A stretch of DNA of 64,000 bases, taken from the NCBI GenBank assembly GCA_963717745.1, contig CAVQXJ010000002.1:222063-286062 (forward strand). Direction: 5' to 3'. Numbering within the stretch: position 1 is the stretch's first letter; the number at the start of each line of letters is the position of its first letter. Shown here one piece after another: positions 43,017 to 52,898 of this stretch. A program made the position numbers and the translations under genes. This stretch comes from an uncultured Acidobacteriota bacterium. GTDB taxonomy: Bacteria > Acidobacteriota > Vicinamibacteria > Vicinamibacterales > 2-12-FULL-66-21. Below the pieces are notes generated by a model. That model was not told the origin of the DNA and did not search any database. It was given only the letters and a program-made list of their open reading frames with translations.

Positions 43017-44880
43017 GCCGAAAATGCCAGATGATCCTCTTCGTTCGGCGATCGACGCTATTCGTAGCCGTCTGCACGACGAATTGGAGGCCCAGCTTAC
43101 TCAGTTGAGCACCCGGCAGCACGAAGAGCTCGAGGTCGCGCGCCGGGCTGCCGAGGCTGCCGCCGAGCAGCAATGGTCGGCGAAGGTCGAGTCGGTGCGC
43201 ACGGAGTGGACCGCGCGGCTCGAATCCGAGGTTTCGGCAGTGCGGGCCGAGGCGGAACGCCGCATGGTCGCCGAATCCATGCGGCTCCGGGTCGAGGCCG
43301 AGCAGGCCGCTGCCGAGTCAGCGGCGGCGGTGCGCGAAGAGCTGGAACGGGCGCTGGCGCACGAGCGGGAGCGGGCGCAGACCGAGATTGGGGCCGAGCG
43401 CGACCGAGTCGCCGCAGAGCGGAACCAGCACCAGACCACGCTTGACGGGGCGCGCGCAGAGCTCGAAAACGTGCGTCAGGAACGTGACACCACGCGTCAG
43501 GAACTCGACAGCATCCGCCATCAGGCGGACGGGGTGCGTCAGGAGCTCGACCAGGTTCGACAGGTCCTCCACCAGAAAGACGATGAGCTTCGGCGCACCA
43601 TGGAAGCCCTGGATGGGAGACGGCACGATTTTCAGCAGAAGGAAGAAGAGCTCGAGCGCGCCAGGCAAGAGCTCGAGCGCAGCCAGGGGGAGCTGGAGGC
43701 GGCTCGTCAGGAGGGCAGCAGCGCGCGGCAGGCGGGAGACGCCGCCCGGGGCGAGCTGGAAACGGTCCGCAGCGAGATCGCCGCGCTGGGGCAGGAGCTC
43801 GGCGCCGCGCGGGAGCAATCCCAGACCGGCACCCACGAGCGCGAGGTGGCGCGGCAGCAGCTGGAGGCCGCGCGCGAGCAGCTCGCCGCCGAGAGCCGCG
43901 AGCTCGATACCACCCGCAACGATCTCGAAGCCGTCAGACGCGCGAGGGATGAAGCGATCCACGCGCATCAGACCCTGACCTACAAAGTCGATCAGGAACG
44001 GCGGGCGCGCGAAGACGAAGGCCGCCGTCAGGCCGCGGCCACCCTCGCGCTGGACGAGGCGCGCGTCGCCGAGCGTCAGGCGCAACTGGCGGTCGTCGAG
44101 CGGCTGCTCGTGGCGATCCGCTCGATGGATGCCGGAAAATCGTTGACCGACGTCCTGTCCGCCCTGACCGTCGCCGCCGCCGCCGAGGCGCCGCGAGTGG
44201 CGCTGTTCGTCGTCAACGGCAGCGAGCTCCGCGGCTGGAAGAGCGTGGGATTCGGGACCGAGACGTCGCTGCAGGCGAACGTCGCGGATGAAGGGCTGCT
44301 CGGCGAAGTGCTGCGACGCCGTGAGCCGATCGCGACGGCCAACGGCGACGGCCCCGCCCCGCCGGCGTTCGCCGCGCTGCCCGCCGATCGCGCCGCGATC
44401 GCGGTCCCGCTTCTGGTCGCCTCGCAGGCGGTCGCGGTGTTGTATGCCGACGATGCGGCCGACGGTTCGCCGGCGACCCCGTCGTCGTGGCCCGAGGCGG
44501 TGCAGATTCTCGGCCGGCACGCCTCGGTGAACCTGGCGCATCTCACCGCGGCGCGCGCCGCCGAGGTGATGCGGCGTTCGATGCCGCAGGCCGCGCCAGC
44601 CGCCGGGTCGAAGCCGGAGAGGGCGGAAGACGGCACCAGCGCCCGCCGCTATGCCCGTCTGCTGGTATCGGAAATCAAGCTCTATAACGAAGCCGCAGTG
44701 CAGGTCGGCCGGCAGAAGCGCGACCTGCTCGAACGGCTCAAGCCGGAGATCGAGCGCGCGCGGAAGTTGTATTCGCAGCGGATTTCGCCCAAGGTCGATG
44801 CCCGTGGCGCGCTCTTTCAACAGGAGCTGGTGCAGACGCTGGCCGACGGGGACCCGTCGCTCCTGGGCAATCCCGCGTGA
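43015..44880 (+). CDS. long coiled-coil protein with C-terminal GAF-like domain
   Basis: About 330 aa of E/R/Q/A-rich heptad-like sequence, then ...VALFVVNGSELRGWKSVGFG...AIAVPLLVASQAVAVLYADD (GAF-like) and a conserved-looking tail ARRYARLLVSEIKLYNE. Confidence 0.75.
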   Translation: MPKMPDDPLRSAIDAIRSRLHDELEAQLTQLSTRQHEELEVARRAAEAAAEQQWSAKVESVRTEWTARLESEVSAVRAEAERRMVAESMRLRVEAEQAAAESAAAVREELERALAHERERAQTEIGAERDRVAAERNQHQTTLDGARAELENVRQERDTTRQELDSIRHQADGVRQELDQVRQVLHQKDDELRRTMEALDGRRHDFQQKEEELERARQELERSQGELEAARQEGSSARQAGDAARGELETVRSEIAALGQELGAAREQSQTGTHEREVARQQLEAAREQLAAESRELDTTRNDLEAVRRARDEAIHAHQTLTYKVDQERRAREDEGRRQAAATLALDEARVAERQAQLAVVERLLVAIRSMDAGKSLTDVLSALTVAAAAEAPRVALFVVNGSELRGWKSVGFGTETSLQANVADEGLLGEVLRRREPIATANGDGPAPPAFAALPADRAAIAVPLLVASQAVAVLYADDAADGSPATPSSWPEAVQILGRHASVNLAHLTAARAAEVMRRSMPQAAPAAGSKPERAEDGTSARRYARLLVSEIKLYNEAAVQVGRQKRDLLERLKPEIERARKLYSQRISPKVDARGALFQQELVQTLADGDPSLLGNPA

Positions 44881-47033
44881 ACAGACGCGCGTTCCGTGCC
44901 CTGGTTCTGGCTGGCGCCACTGTGTTGTGCGGTGCCGCCGAGCCGCGGCTGCACGCGCAGAAGCCGCTCGCGGCCACCGATCACCCGACCCTGCCAAAGA
45001 ACGAGAGCGATCTGTGGCTGGTCCCCTCCGCCAATGACCGCTCCGCGCGTCTCAGCGCGACGTCGCAGGCCTTCGCGGCCGCGGTCCGTCGCTACCGCGA
45101 TGGCGACCATGCCGCCGCACTGAATGCTTTGACCCGCCTCTCGCCATCGCCCGCGCTGGACGACTACGTCGACTACTACACCGGCCTCGCGCGGCTGCGT
45201 CTGAACCAGCTGCCCGAAGCGAAGAAAACCTTCAGCGCCATCGTCGACCGCAAGCCGCAGGGAGCGGTGGCCTCGACCGCGGCATTAGCGCTGGGAGAAA
45301 CCGCGGAAGCTGCCGGTGACTACCGGGCCGCGATGGAGATCTATCAACGGCTCGCCGACACCAAGGAGCTCGTGACAGACGAGGTGTTGTCGCGGCTCGG
45401 ACGATCGGCGCTGAAGCTGAACGATCGCAAGACGGCGGCGCAGGCTTATCTGCGTGTCTACTATGAGTTCCCGCTCACCGATGCGGCGACCGCCGCCGCC
45501 TCCCAGCTGCAGGCGCTGCAGGATCAGATCGTCAAGTCGGGCTATCAGTCGGATCTCGGACGGGCGGCGATGCTGTTCGGCGCCCGGCGCTACGCCGAGG
45601 CCCGCGGCGCTTTTCAGGACCTGCAGCGGGTGGCCAGCGGTGACGATCGTGAGCTGGTCGATCTCCGGGTCGCGGAGTGCGACTTCTATTTGCGGCGCTA
45701 CGATGCCGCGCGCGACGCCGTCCGCCCGTACATGGAGCGTGCGTCGCGAAAGGCGGAAGCCCGATTCTTTCATCTGTCCGCGTTGCGGGAGCTCGGCGCG
45801 CACGAGGAGTACGTTGCGCAGACACGCGCGCTGATCGCCGATTTCCCCGGCGACTCATGGTCCGAAGAGGCGCTCAACAACCTCGGCACCCACTATCTCG
45901 TGACCAACCAGGACGAGGCCGCGGCGCAGGCCTTCGCCGAGCTGTTCGAGAAGTTCCCGACCGGGACGCGGGCCGAGCGCGCCGCCTGGAAGGCGGGATG
46001 GTGGAGCTACCGGAAAGGCGACTTTGCGGCGACCGTGCGCACTTTCGAAGGGGCCGCCGCGACCTTTCCGCGCTCCGACTATCGGCCGTCATACGTCTAC
46101 TGGGCGGCGCGGGCCCACGCCGCACTCGGACATGGCGAAACGGCCGATGTCCGCTTCCGTCTGGTCTTTCACGACTACGGCAGCTCCTACTATGGCCGGC
46201 TGGCCCGCAAGTATGTGGCCCGCGCCGGAGGGGCCGATCCGGCCGCCGACCGGGCGGTGGCCGCGGCATTTCAGAGTGCCGCGACCGCCGCGCCACCGCC
46301 GACCGCCGACCGCATCCGGCTGCTGCTCGCGAGCGGACTCTATGACGAGGCGCTCGACGAGCTGCGATTCGCGCAGCGTCAATGGGGCACCAGTCCGGCG
46401 ATCGAAGCGACCATCGCCTGGGCGTATCACCAGAAAGGCGAGCTGCGACGAGCGATCACGCTGATGCGGCGGGCGTACCCCCAGTCGCTGACGTCGACCG
46501 GACATCTGCTGCCCCCGGCGATGCGGCAGGTGCTGTTCCCGCTGGTGTACTGGGAACTGATCAAGAAGCACGCGAACACTTACGATCTCGATCCCTACGT
46601 GATGGCCGCGCTGATCAACCAGGAGTCGACGTTCGACCCCGGCATCAAGTCGCCGGCCAACGCCTGGGGCCTGATGCAGGTCGTGCCGTCGACCGGCCGC
46701 CAGCTCGCCCGGGCGCTCGGGATCCGGCGATTCTCGACCGCCAGCCTGACCCACCCTGAAACCAACGTCCGGCTGGGGATGCTGTATTTTTCGCGGCTGG
46801 TTCGCCAGTTCGGCGGCACCTACTACGCGCTCGCGAGCTACAACGCCGGCACGAGCCGCGTGGTGCGGTGGAAGTCGGAACGGCCCGGCATCGACGAAGA
46901 CGAGTTCATCGACGACATTCCGTTTCCCGAAACGCAGAACTACGTGAAACGCATCCTCGGGACCGCCGAGGACTACCGGATGTTGTATGGCCGCGACGGC
47001 GGCCGGCCGCAGTCGCCGGTGTTGGGGCGGTAG
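44877..47033 (+). CDS. slt: soluble lytic murein transglycosylase (Slt70-like: superhelical repeats + SLT domain)
   Basis: GTGA overlap with the upstream gene; signal peptide. C-terminal SLT motif DPYVMAALINQESTFDPGIKSPANAWGLMQVVPSTG. Confidence 0.85.
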   Translation: MNRRAFRALVLAGATVLCGAAEPRLHAQKPLAATDHPTLPKNESDLWLVPSANDRSARLSATSQAFAAAVRRYRDGDHAAALNALTRLSPSPALDDYVDYYTGLARLRLNQLPEAKKTFSAIVDRKPQGAVASTAALALGETAEAAGDYRAAMEIYQRLADTKELVTDEVLSRLGRSALKLNDRKTAAQAYLRVYYEFPLTDAATAAASQLQALQDQIVKSGYQSDLGRAAMLFGARRYAEARGAFQDLQRVASGDDRELVDLRVAECDFYLRRYDAARDAVRPYMERASRKAEARFFHLSALRELGAHEEYVAQTRALIADFPGDSWSEEALNNLGTHYLVTNQDEAAAQAFAELFEKFPTGTRAERAAWKAGWWSYRKGDFAATVRTFEGAAATFPRSDYRPSYVYWAARAHAALGHGETADVRFRLVFHDYGSSYYGRLARKYVARAGGADPAADRAVAAAFQSAATAAPPPTADRIRLLLASGLYDEALDELRFAQRQWGTSPAIEATIAWAYHQKGELRRAITLMRRAYPQSLTSTGHLLPPAMRQVLFPLVYWELIKKHANTYDLDPYVMAALINQESTFDPGIKSPANAWGLMQVVPSTGRQLARALGIRRFSTASLTHPETNVRLGMLYFSRLVRQFGGTYYALASYNAGTSRVVRWKSERPGIDEDEFIDDIPFPETQNYVKRILGTAEDYRMLYGRDGGRPQSPVLGR

Positions 47034-47089
47034 TCAGTTCCAGTTTCCAGGTCGCTACACCTGTCTTGGCCAGCTGGCTACTGCCCCCC

Positions 47090-48817
47090 TCACGGAAATC
47101 CGACAATCTCGTACAGCGACATCATCCGATCCGACGCGAGCTCTCGCAGGTAGGGTCTGAACGGTTCGAGCCTGCCCCGGATCTCCTGTTCCCGCGGTCC
47201 GAACATGTCCCAATGGACGCCGACGTAGCGGACCCCGTACTGCTTCAGCAGCGCGAACGTATCGGTTGTCGGAAACGAGTCGAGCACCAGGGCGTTCTTC
47301 CGGAAGTCGGCCGGGATGTGATCGCTGTAGCCGTTGACCAGCGGATGCCAGTGCGAGGTGGACAGGAACATGTACTGGGCGTGGAGGTGATACGCGACAC
47401 GGCCACCGTAGAACGGAAACTCGGCGACCGGACCTCGCGGCATCCGCGCCAGCAGCTGGTAGGGCCTCGGAAAGGGCGCGGTCTCGTGCCAGGGAAACGG
47501 CGCGGTATTGAGCTCGAGCAAGGCGACAGCGCCGATGATCGCCCCGGCCAGCACCTGACGCCGCCTGGGCAGCCTGGCGACCGCGAGCGCGGCGAACAGC
47601 CCGAGAATCAGCGGGATGATCACGCCGAAGCGGGAGGGGGCGCGAAGGAAGTCGAACAGCGGGACCGCGTGATACAGCGCGAGGTAGAACCCCGCATCGG
47701 GTCCGAACGACGCCCACAGCGTCAGCGCACCAAGCGAGCCATACAGCAGCACGGTCTCGCGATCGCGGGTCGACGGGCCCGCCTCGAGCGGAGTCGAGGG
47801 GTCCAGCGGATCCGGCGGCCGCGGCTTCCACGCCGCCACCACCAGTCCGGCGAGCCCGAGCGTCGTCGCCACCAGGCCGGGAAACAGCACTTCGTTCCAG
47901 CGGCCGGCGTGAGCGCTCAGTCGCAGCAGCCAGCGGTGCGCGTGCGCGGACGAGGCCATGTAGCTGGCAAGGTTCGCCGAATAGCGTTGGCTGTCCTCAA
48001 TCGTTCTCTTGAATCCACCCTCCTGGATTTCGAGGAACGGAATGAAGAACGGCAGCACGCACAGCACCGAGACGGCGGCGCCGATAGCGAGACCAGCCCA
48101 GTAACCGCGCACTCGCCACAGTCCGCGGCTGATCGCGAAAAAGAGCGCGGCGTATCCCACCATCAGGCCCGCGAAGATCCCGTAATAGGCACAGGCGAGC
48201 GCCTGGGCGGCGAGCATCAGGCCGAGCGCCGCGCCCTTGCGGACGCCGGGATCGTCGGCGAGGCGGTGCAGCATCAGCAGCGAGAGCGGAATCCCGCCGG
48301 CCATCAACAGTTGGATGTGGGCGGTGTGGGAAAAGAAGTACGGACAGAAGCCGAACACGACGGCGGTAACGATCGCCGCGCCGTCACTGCCGGTCAGGCG
48401 CCGCGCGAGCAGCCAGGCCCCGATCGTCGACGTGCAGAACGCGAACAGCAGCGCCGAGTTGTGGGCGACCAGCGGATTCCGCGTCAGGAGCCACCCGGGA
48501 ATGCCGACGATGCCGGCGACGATATTGAGCTCCGAGAAGGCGAGGGCCCAGCGGTGCGGATGAAAGATGTTGGCGTCGAAAAGCTGTCGAGGGTCAGACG
48601 TCAGCGCGTGCGCCACCCAGCTGACGTTCCAGATGGCATACATCCCGTCGGCGTCGACCCCGCGGGTCCGCCCGTAGGTGCCGAACCCGGCGGCGAGCGG
48701 CCAGGTCATCGCGATCGCCAGGGCCAGCACCACGACCAGGCCGAGCGCCGCGCGCGCCACGCGGCGGGCGTGAGGTTGTGGTCGAGGCCCGATGGAGAGC
48801 ATGTAGAATGCGGTCAT
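47090..48817 (-). CDS. polytopic membrane protein, glycosyltransferase-C-fold-like (ArnT/PMT-like) hypothetical
   Basis: 575 aa with many TM helices and a soluble C-terminal domain. The opposite-strand ORF 46868..48880 is Arg-rich junk. Confidence 0.7.
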   Translation of the reverse strand: MTAFYMLSIGPRPQPHARRVARAALGLVVVLALAIAMTWPLAAGFGTYGRTRGVDADGMYAIWNVSWVAHALTSDPRQLFDANIFHPHRWALAFSELNIVAGIVGIPGWLLTRNPLVAHNSALLFAFCTSTIGAWLLARRLTGSDGAAIVTAVVFGFCPYFFSHTAHIQLLMAGGIPLSLLMLHRLADDPGVRKGAALGLMLAAQALACAYYGIFAGLMVGYAALFFAISRGLWRVRGYWAGLAIGAAVSVLCVLPFFIPFLEIQEGGFKRTIEDSQRYSANLASYMASSAHAHRWLLRLSAHAGRWNEVLFPGLVATTLGLAGLVVAAWKPRPPDPLDPSTPLEAGPSTRDRETVLLYGSLGALTLWASFGPDAGFYLALYHAVPLFDFLRAPSRFGVIIPLILGLFAALAVARLPRRRQVLAGAIIGAVALLELNTAPFPWHETAPFPRPYQLLARMPRGPVAEFPFYGGRVAYHLHAQYMFLSTSHWHPLVNGYSDHIPADFRKNALVLDSFPTTDTFALLKQYGVRYVGVHWDMFGPREQEIRGRLEPFRPYLRELASDRMMSLYEIVGFP

Positions 48818-48937
48818 TCTACCAGCCGGTCCCGCGCGCGCGGCCGCATCGGCTGCGGCGTTCGGCGGGGCGGCACCTAATGACGGTCCTTCACTGTCAC
48901 GCTGCCTTCGTGTTCACGGGCGCTCCGCGCGGGGGCA

Positions 48938-49272
48938 CGACGATACGACGATACGACGATACGACGACAACGACGTAATGCTGTGGCCACGAGGGAACGT
49001 CGGGGCATCTCCTAAGTGCCCTTTGCTATGACCAGCCAGCCACGTATCAACGGTTCTCCCCGTTGGCGGCGACGCCGGCCTTCGGCCGACGTTGACAGGA
49101 GTGAGGATCGGGAAGATCACAAGCAGTCGGGGTCTTTGAATGGACTGCTTGTGATTTTCCCGATCCTCACTCCTGTCACCGCGCGTAGCGCGGCGCCGCC
49201 AACGGGCAGCGTCCGTCGAAGTGACTCACAAGGGTTTTGTCTTACGTCGTGTCGTCGTGTCGTCGTCTCGTC
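48938..49272. repeat. ~335-bp nested imperfect palindrome (family E; inner hairpin = family G copy 2 at 49091-49180)
   Basis: Three tiers. (ACGACGAT)x3-4 at 48938-48980 pairs with CGTCGTGT-type units at 49242-49272. 49059-49077 pairs with 49189-49206. 49094-49128 pairs with 49143-49177 (34/35). Confidence 0.85.
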
Positions 49273-49302
49273 CTGGCGCGAAGCGCCAGCGCGCCGCAGG
49301 CG

Positions 49303-49352
49303 CCGTGGACATGAACGCAGCGTGACGGCCGTGGACATGAAGGCAGCGTGAC
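49303..49352 (+). repeat. tandem direct repeat, 2 x 24 nt at 26-nt spacing, overlapping the start codon of the downstream gene
   Basis: CCGTGGACATGAACGCAGCGTGAC (49303-49326) and CCGTGGACATGAAGGCAGCGTGAC (49329-49352), with one mismatch. Confidence 0.85.
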
Positions 49353-52006
49353 TGTGCTCGCCCCGCTCGGGGCATTCCTGATCACCGCGGTCACGGCATG
49401 GCTGTCACTCGGGACCCTCGGCTTCGCGGGGGCCAGCGGAGCGCGGATCGCGGTCCTGCCGATCTCGATGACGGTCGCACTGGTGGTCGCCGCCGCGGTC
49501 CTGGTGGTGGCCGGGCTGCACCGTCTGGGCGCATCGCTGCGTCCGCTGGCCCTGCTCGCGTTGCTGCTGCTGCCATGGCTGCCGTTTCCGGTGCCGGCCG
49601 CGTTTCTGCTGTGGGTGCGGCCGTTCTCGCTGCTGATCTGGGTCGCGGTGCTGGTGTCGATGGTCGCATCGCTGCCGAATCGCAGCCGCTGGCCGGCAGC
49701 CGTCGCGGCGCGTCCCCGGCTCACCGCGGGGCTTCTGGCGGCGCTGATCTTCGCGATCTCGGCGTGGCGGGTCGCGCCGATGATCCCGGGCGGCGACGAG
49801 CCGCACTACTTGATCATCACGCAGAGCCTGCTGATCGACCACGCGCTCACCATCGACGATGTGCATCGCCGCGGGGACTACCGTGCGTACTACGGCAGCG
49901 AGCTGCAGCCGCACGTGCAGATGCGCGGGAAGAACGGCCGGATCTATTCGGTCCACGCCCCTGGTCTGCCGGCGCTGGTCGCGCCGGCGTTTGCGATCGG
50001 CGGGTACCGTGCGGTGGTCGGGTTCCTCGTTCTCATCGCTGCGGCCGGCGCCGCCCTGGCGTGGCACGTCGCCTGGCTCGCCACCCGTCGCAGCGATGCC
50101 GCCTGGTTCGGATGGGCCGCGGTCACGCTCCCGGTCACCGCGATCTTCCAGAGCATCACGGTTTACCCGGACGGGCCAGGCGGCGTGCTGGCGCTGACCG
50201 GGAATGTGGGCGCTGCTGCGGGCGGAGGACGAGTCGAAAAATGGCGAGACGCGATTGCGCCCGTGGCTGCTCCATGGTGCGGCGCTGGCGCTGCTGCCGT
50301 GGCTCCATTCCCGGTTCGCGGTGCTGGCCGGCGGACTTGGGGCGCTCGTGCTCCTGCGGTTGTCATCGACCAAGAGCCCGGCCGCGAAGGCGGTGGCGTT
50401 TCTGGGCATTCCGGCGATCAGCGCGGTGCTGTGGGTGGGCTACTTCGTCGCCGTCTATGGGCGCCCCGATCCCAGTGCGGCGTACGGGCCGGGGGAGATT
50501 GGATCCTTCAGTTTCGTGCCCGGTGGGCTGGGCGGCTTACTGTTCGATCAGCGGTTCGGGCTGGTGACGTATGCGCCGGTGGTGGCGGTCGCCTTCATCG
50601 GTGTCGCGGTCATGCTCGCGCGGCGTGAGACGCGGCGCCTCGCGCTCGAGCTGCTGTTCGTGGTCATTCCCTATCTGCTCACCGTCACGCACTTCGCGAT
50701 GTGGTGGGCGGGATGGAGTCCACCGGCGCGGTTCTTTGCGCCGGTCCTGCCGCTGTTCGTGGTCAGCGCGGCCACCGCATGGACCTTCGCCCGCCACCGC
50801 GCCGCCCGCGTGCTGGCGCTGGTCTCGGTGGTCTTGACGATCTGCGCGTCGACCGCGGTCGTGATCGTCGATCGCGGCCGGCTGGCGTTCAATACCCGCG
50901 AGGCGCCGTCGCTCTGGTTCGAGTGGATGGGGCGGCTGGCGGACCTCACGGCGGCCACGCCGATGTGGGCGCGCGATACCGACACGCCGCTGTTCCGGGC
51001 GATCGCGATCTGGATCGCTGCCGCGGCGGTGGTCTGGGTCGGGCTCGCCGCTCTCGACCGTGCGGGCCGGGTACGCCAGAACATCAGCTTTCACGTGGTT
51101 GCGGTCATCGCGCTCGCGGCGGCGGTGATGTTCGGCTCGACCATCATGTGGGCGTTCCAGGGCACCAACGGAAGGACGGCGTCGCCGTCGCAGTTGCAAC
51201 TCCTCGAAACGGTGGCGTCCGAGCATCGCGCAGTGGCATTTCAGCTCGACCCGTTCGCGCGGCTGCCGCTCGCCGACGTGCCGGCGCGGCTGCGGATCGA
51301 GCTCTTTCGCGCGCCGGGCAGGCGTCCTGCGGCGCGCGAGGTGGCGCCGCTGTTCGCGCTGCCGCCGCTGCCGGCCGGCCGCTACCGCCTGTCGCCGGTG
51401 TCGGACGACCCCCGCGGCTGGCTGATGGTTGGCGTCACCCGCGATCCGCGGGACCCCTTCGCGCTGCGGACGGTCCAGCTGCCGGTGCCGCCGTTCGAGC
51501 TGCAGTTCCCGGTATCGCTCCGCTCGCTGGTCGTGCGCGGCGACGAAGATGCCTGGCGAACCGTGCGAGGCCTCGTCGTCGAGCCGATCGTCGTACAGCC
51601 GCGGGCCCAGCGGCTCACCGCGGAGCTGGCCCGCCGTGCGGTGAGATACGGAGGGGTGACGACGTATTTCATGGACGATCGGAGCTTCCCCGAGCCGCAG
51701 GCGTTCTGGGTGGGAGGGGCGCGGGACGCGGCGGTCGTCCTGCAGCCCGACACCGCGGCCGCGACGGTGACGCTCCTGCTGCGCAACGCGCCGGTCGACA
51801 ACCGGATCGTGCTGCGGGCCGGCGACTGGACGCGGATCCTGGAGATGGCGCCGGGCGAGGAGCAGCGAGTGCAGGTGCCGGTCGAGGCCGGCCAGGGGGC
51901 CAGCCTGCTACGGATCGAGGCCGGCTCGGGATTCCGTCCGTCGGAACGCGAGCCGGCGAGCCGCGATCAGCGGTTCCTCGGCGTCTGGGTCAGAGTCGAG
52001 GGGTGA
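49348..52006 (+). CDS. large polytopic membrane protein (ArnT/PMT-like N-terminal half + soluble C-terminal domain); frame broken near 50200
   Basis: ORF 49348..50628 is coding-like only up to ...GVLALTG. Continuity resumes in ORF 50204..52006 (MWALLRAEDES...). GDEPHYLIITQSLLID motif. Confidence 0.75.
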
Positions 52007-52013
52007 GCGAGAA

Positions 52014-52055
52014 GTTCTCCCTTTTCCCTTCTGCCTTCTCCCTTGACACGCGGGG
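52014..52055. repeat. repeat family B copy 4 (single arm, reverse orientation)
   Basis: GTTCTCCCTTTTCCCTTCTGCCTTCTCCCTTGACACGCGGGG is the reverse complement of the B consensus. Lies 8 nt after the stop of the upstream gene. Confidence 0.85.
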
Positions 52056-52079
52056 CGCCCATCAGCCCGCCAACCCGGC

Positions 52080-52898
52080 TCAGAAGCGGGCGACCGCCCC
52101 GAAATAGAGCCCCTTCATCTTCAAGTCGCCGGTATCGGTCTCGACCTTGTAAAACACGCTGAGCGAGCGGTAGCCGACCTGCGCGCCGATGTATTTGTTG
52201 AAGTTCACGGTCCCGTAGAGATCGAAGTCGTAGTAGCGGGCGCGATAGTCCTCGTCGATGCTCTCCGGCAGCTTGAAGAACGTGAACTCGCCGGTGATCG
52301 ACACGTTCGGCACCACATAGACGCGGCCCGCCCCGCCGATCGCCGGCACCGGCGCCTGTGCCTGCGCGAACTCGCGGCCGATCAGGGCATTGCTCAGCGC
52401 CGCTTCCACGTCGGTGTGCTTCAGGTCGAGGACCAGGCCGAAATATCCGCGGTCCTTGTAGATGAAGTCGTACTCGTAGCTGAAGCGCATCGCGTTCCAC
52501 TTCAGTTCCGCGAGGACCGGCAGGGACACGTTGAATCGCTGCCCGTTGAAGACCACCGACCTGGTGATCGTCGCTTCCTGCTCGTAGGAGATCGGAATGA
52601 ACTCGTAGCGAAGCTTGTGCTTGCGCCCTGGACGCAGCACCACGCGCAGCTGTTTGAAGACCTTTTTCTCGAGACCGAACTCCTTGACGAAATCAATCTG
52701 ATCGCCGGGGATGCCAAGCCCCTCGCTGGTAATGAGCAGGGTGGGCGTCGGGTTGAAGAGCGCGCCCGAGACCTCCACGTGATAGCTCTCGCCGGTCGCC
52801 GGATCCGACAGGCTGACGCCCCCGTACTGCGCGGACGCAGGAACGGCAGCCAGCATCAGCGCGACGCCGATGACCGTGACACGAAAACGATGGTGCAT
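52080..52898 (-). CDS. outer-membrane beta-barrel protein (hypothetical)
   Basis: ORF 52080..52934 trimmed to ATG 52898. Signal peptide ...AVPASAQ, alternating beta-strand pattern, and C-terminal ...YFGAVARF. Confidence 0.7.
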   Translation of the reverse strand: MHHRFRVTVIGVALMLAAVPASAQYGGVSLSDPATGESYHVEVSGALFNPTPTLLITSEGLGIPGDQIDFVKEFGLEKKVFKQLRVVLRPGRKHKLRYEFIPISYEQEATITRSVVFNGQRFNVSLPVLAELKWNAMRFSYEYDFIYKDRGYFGLVLDLKHTDVEAALSNALIGREFAQAQAPVPAIGGAGRVYVVPNVSITGEFTFFKLPESIDEDYRARYYDFDLYGTVNFNKYIGAQVGYRSLSVFYKVETDTGDLKMKGLYFGAVARF

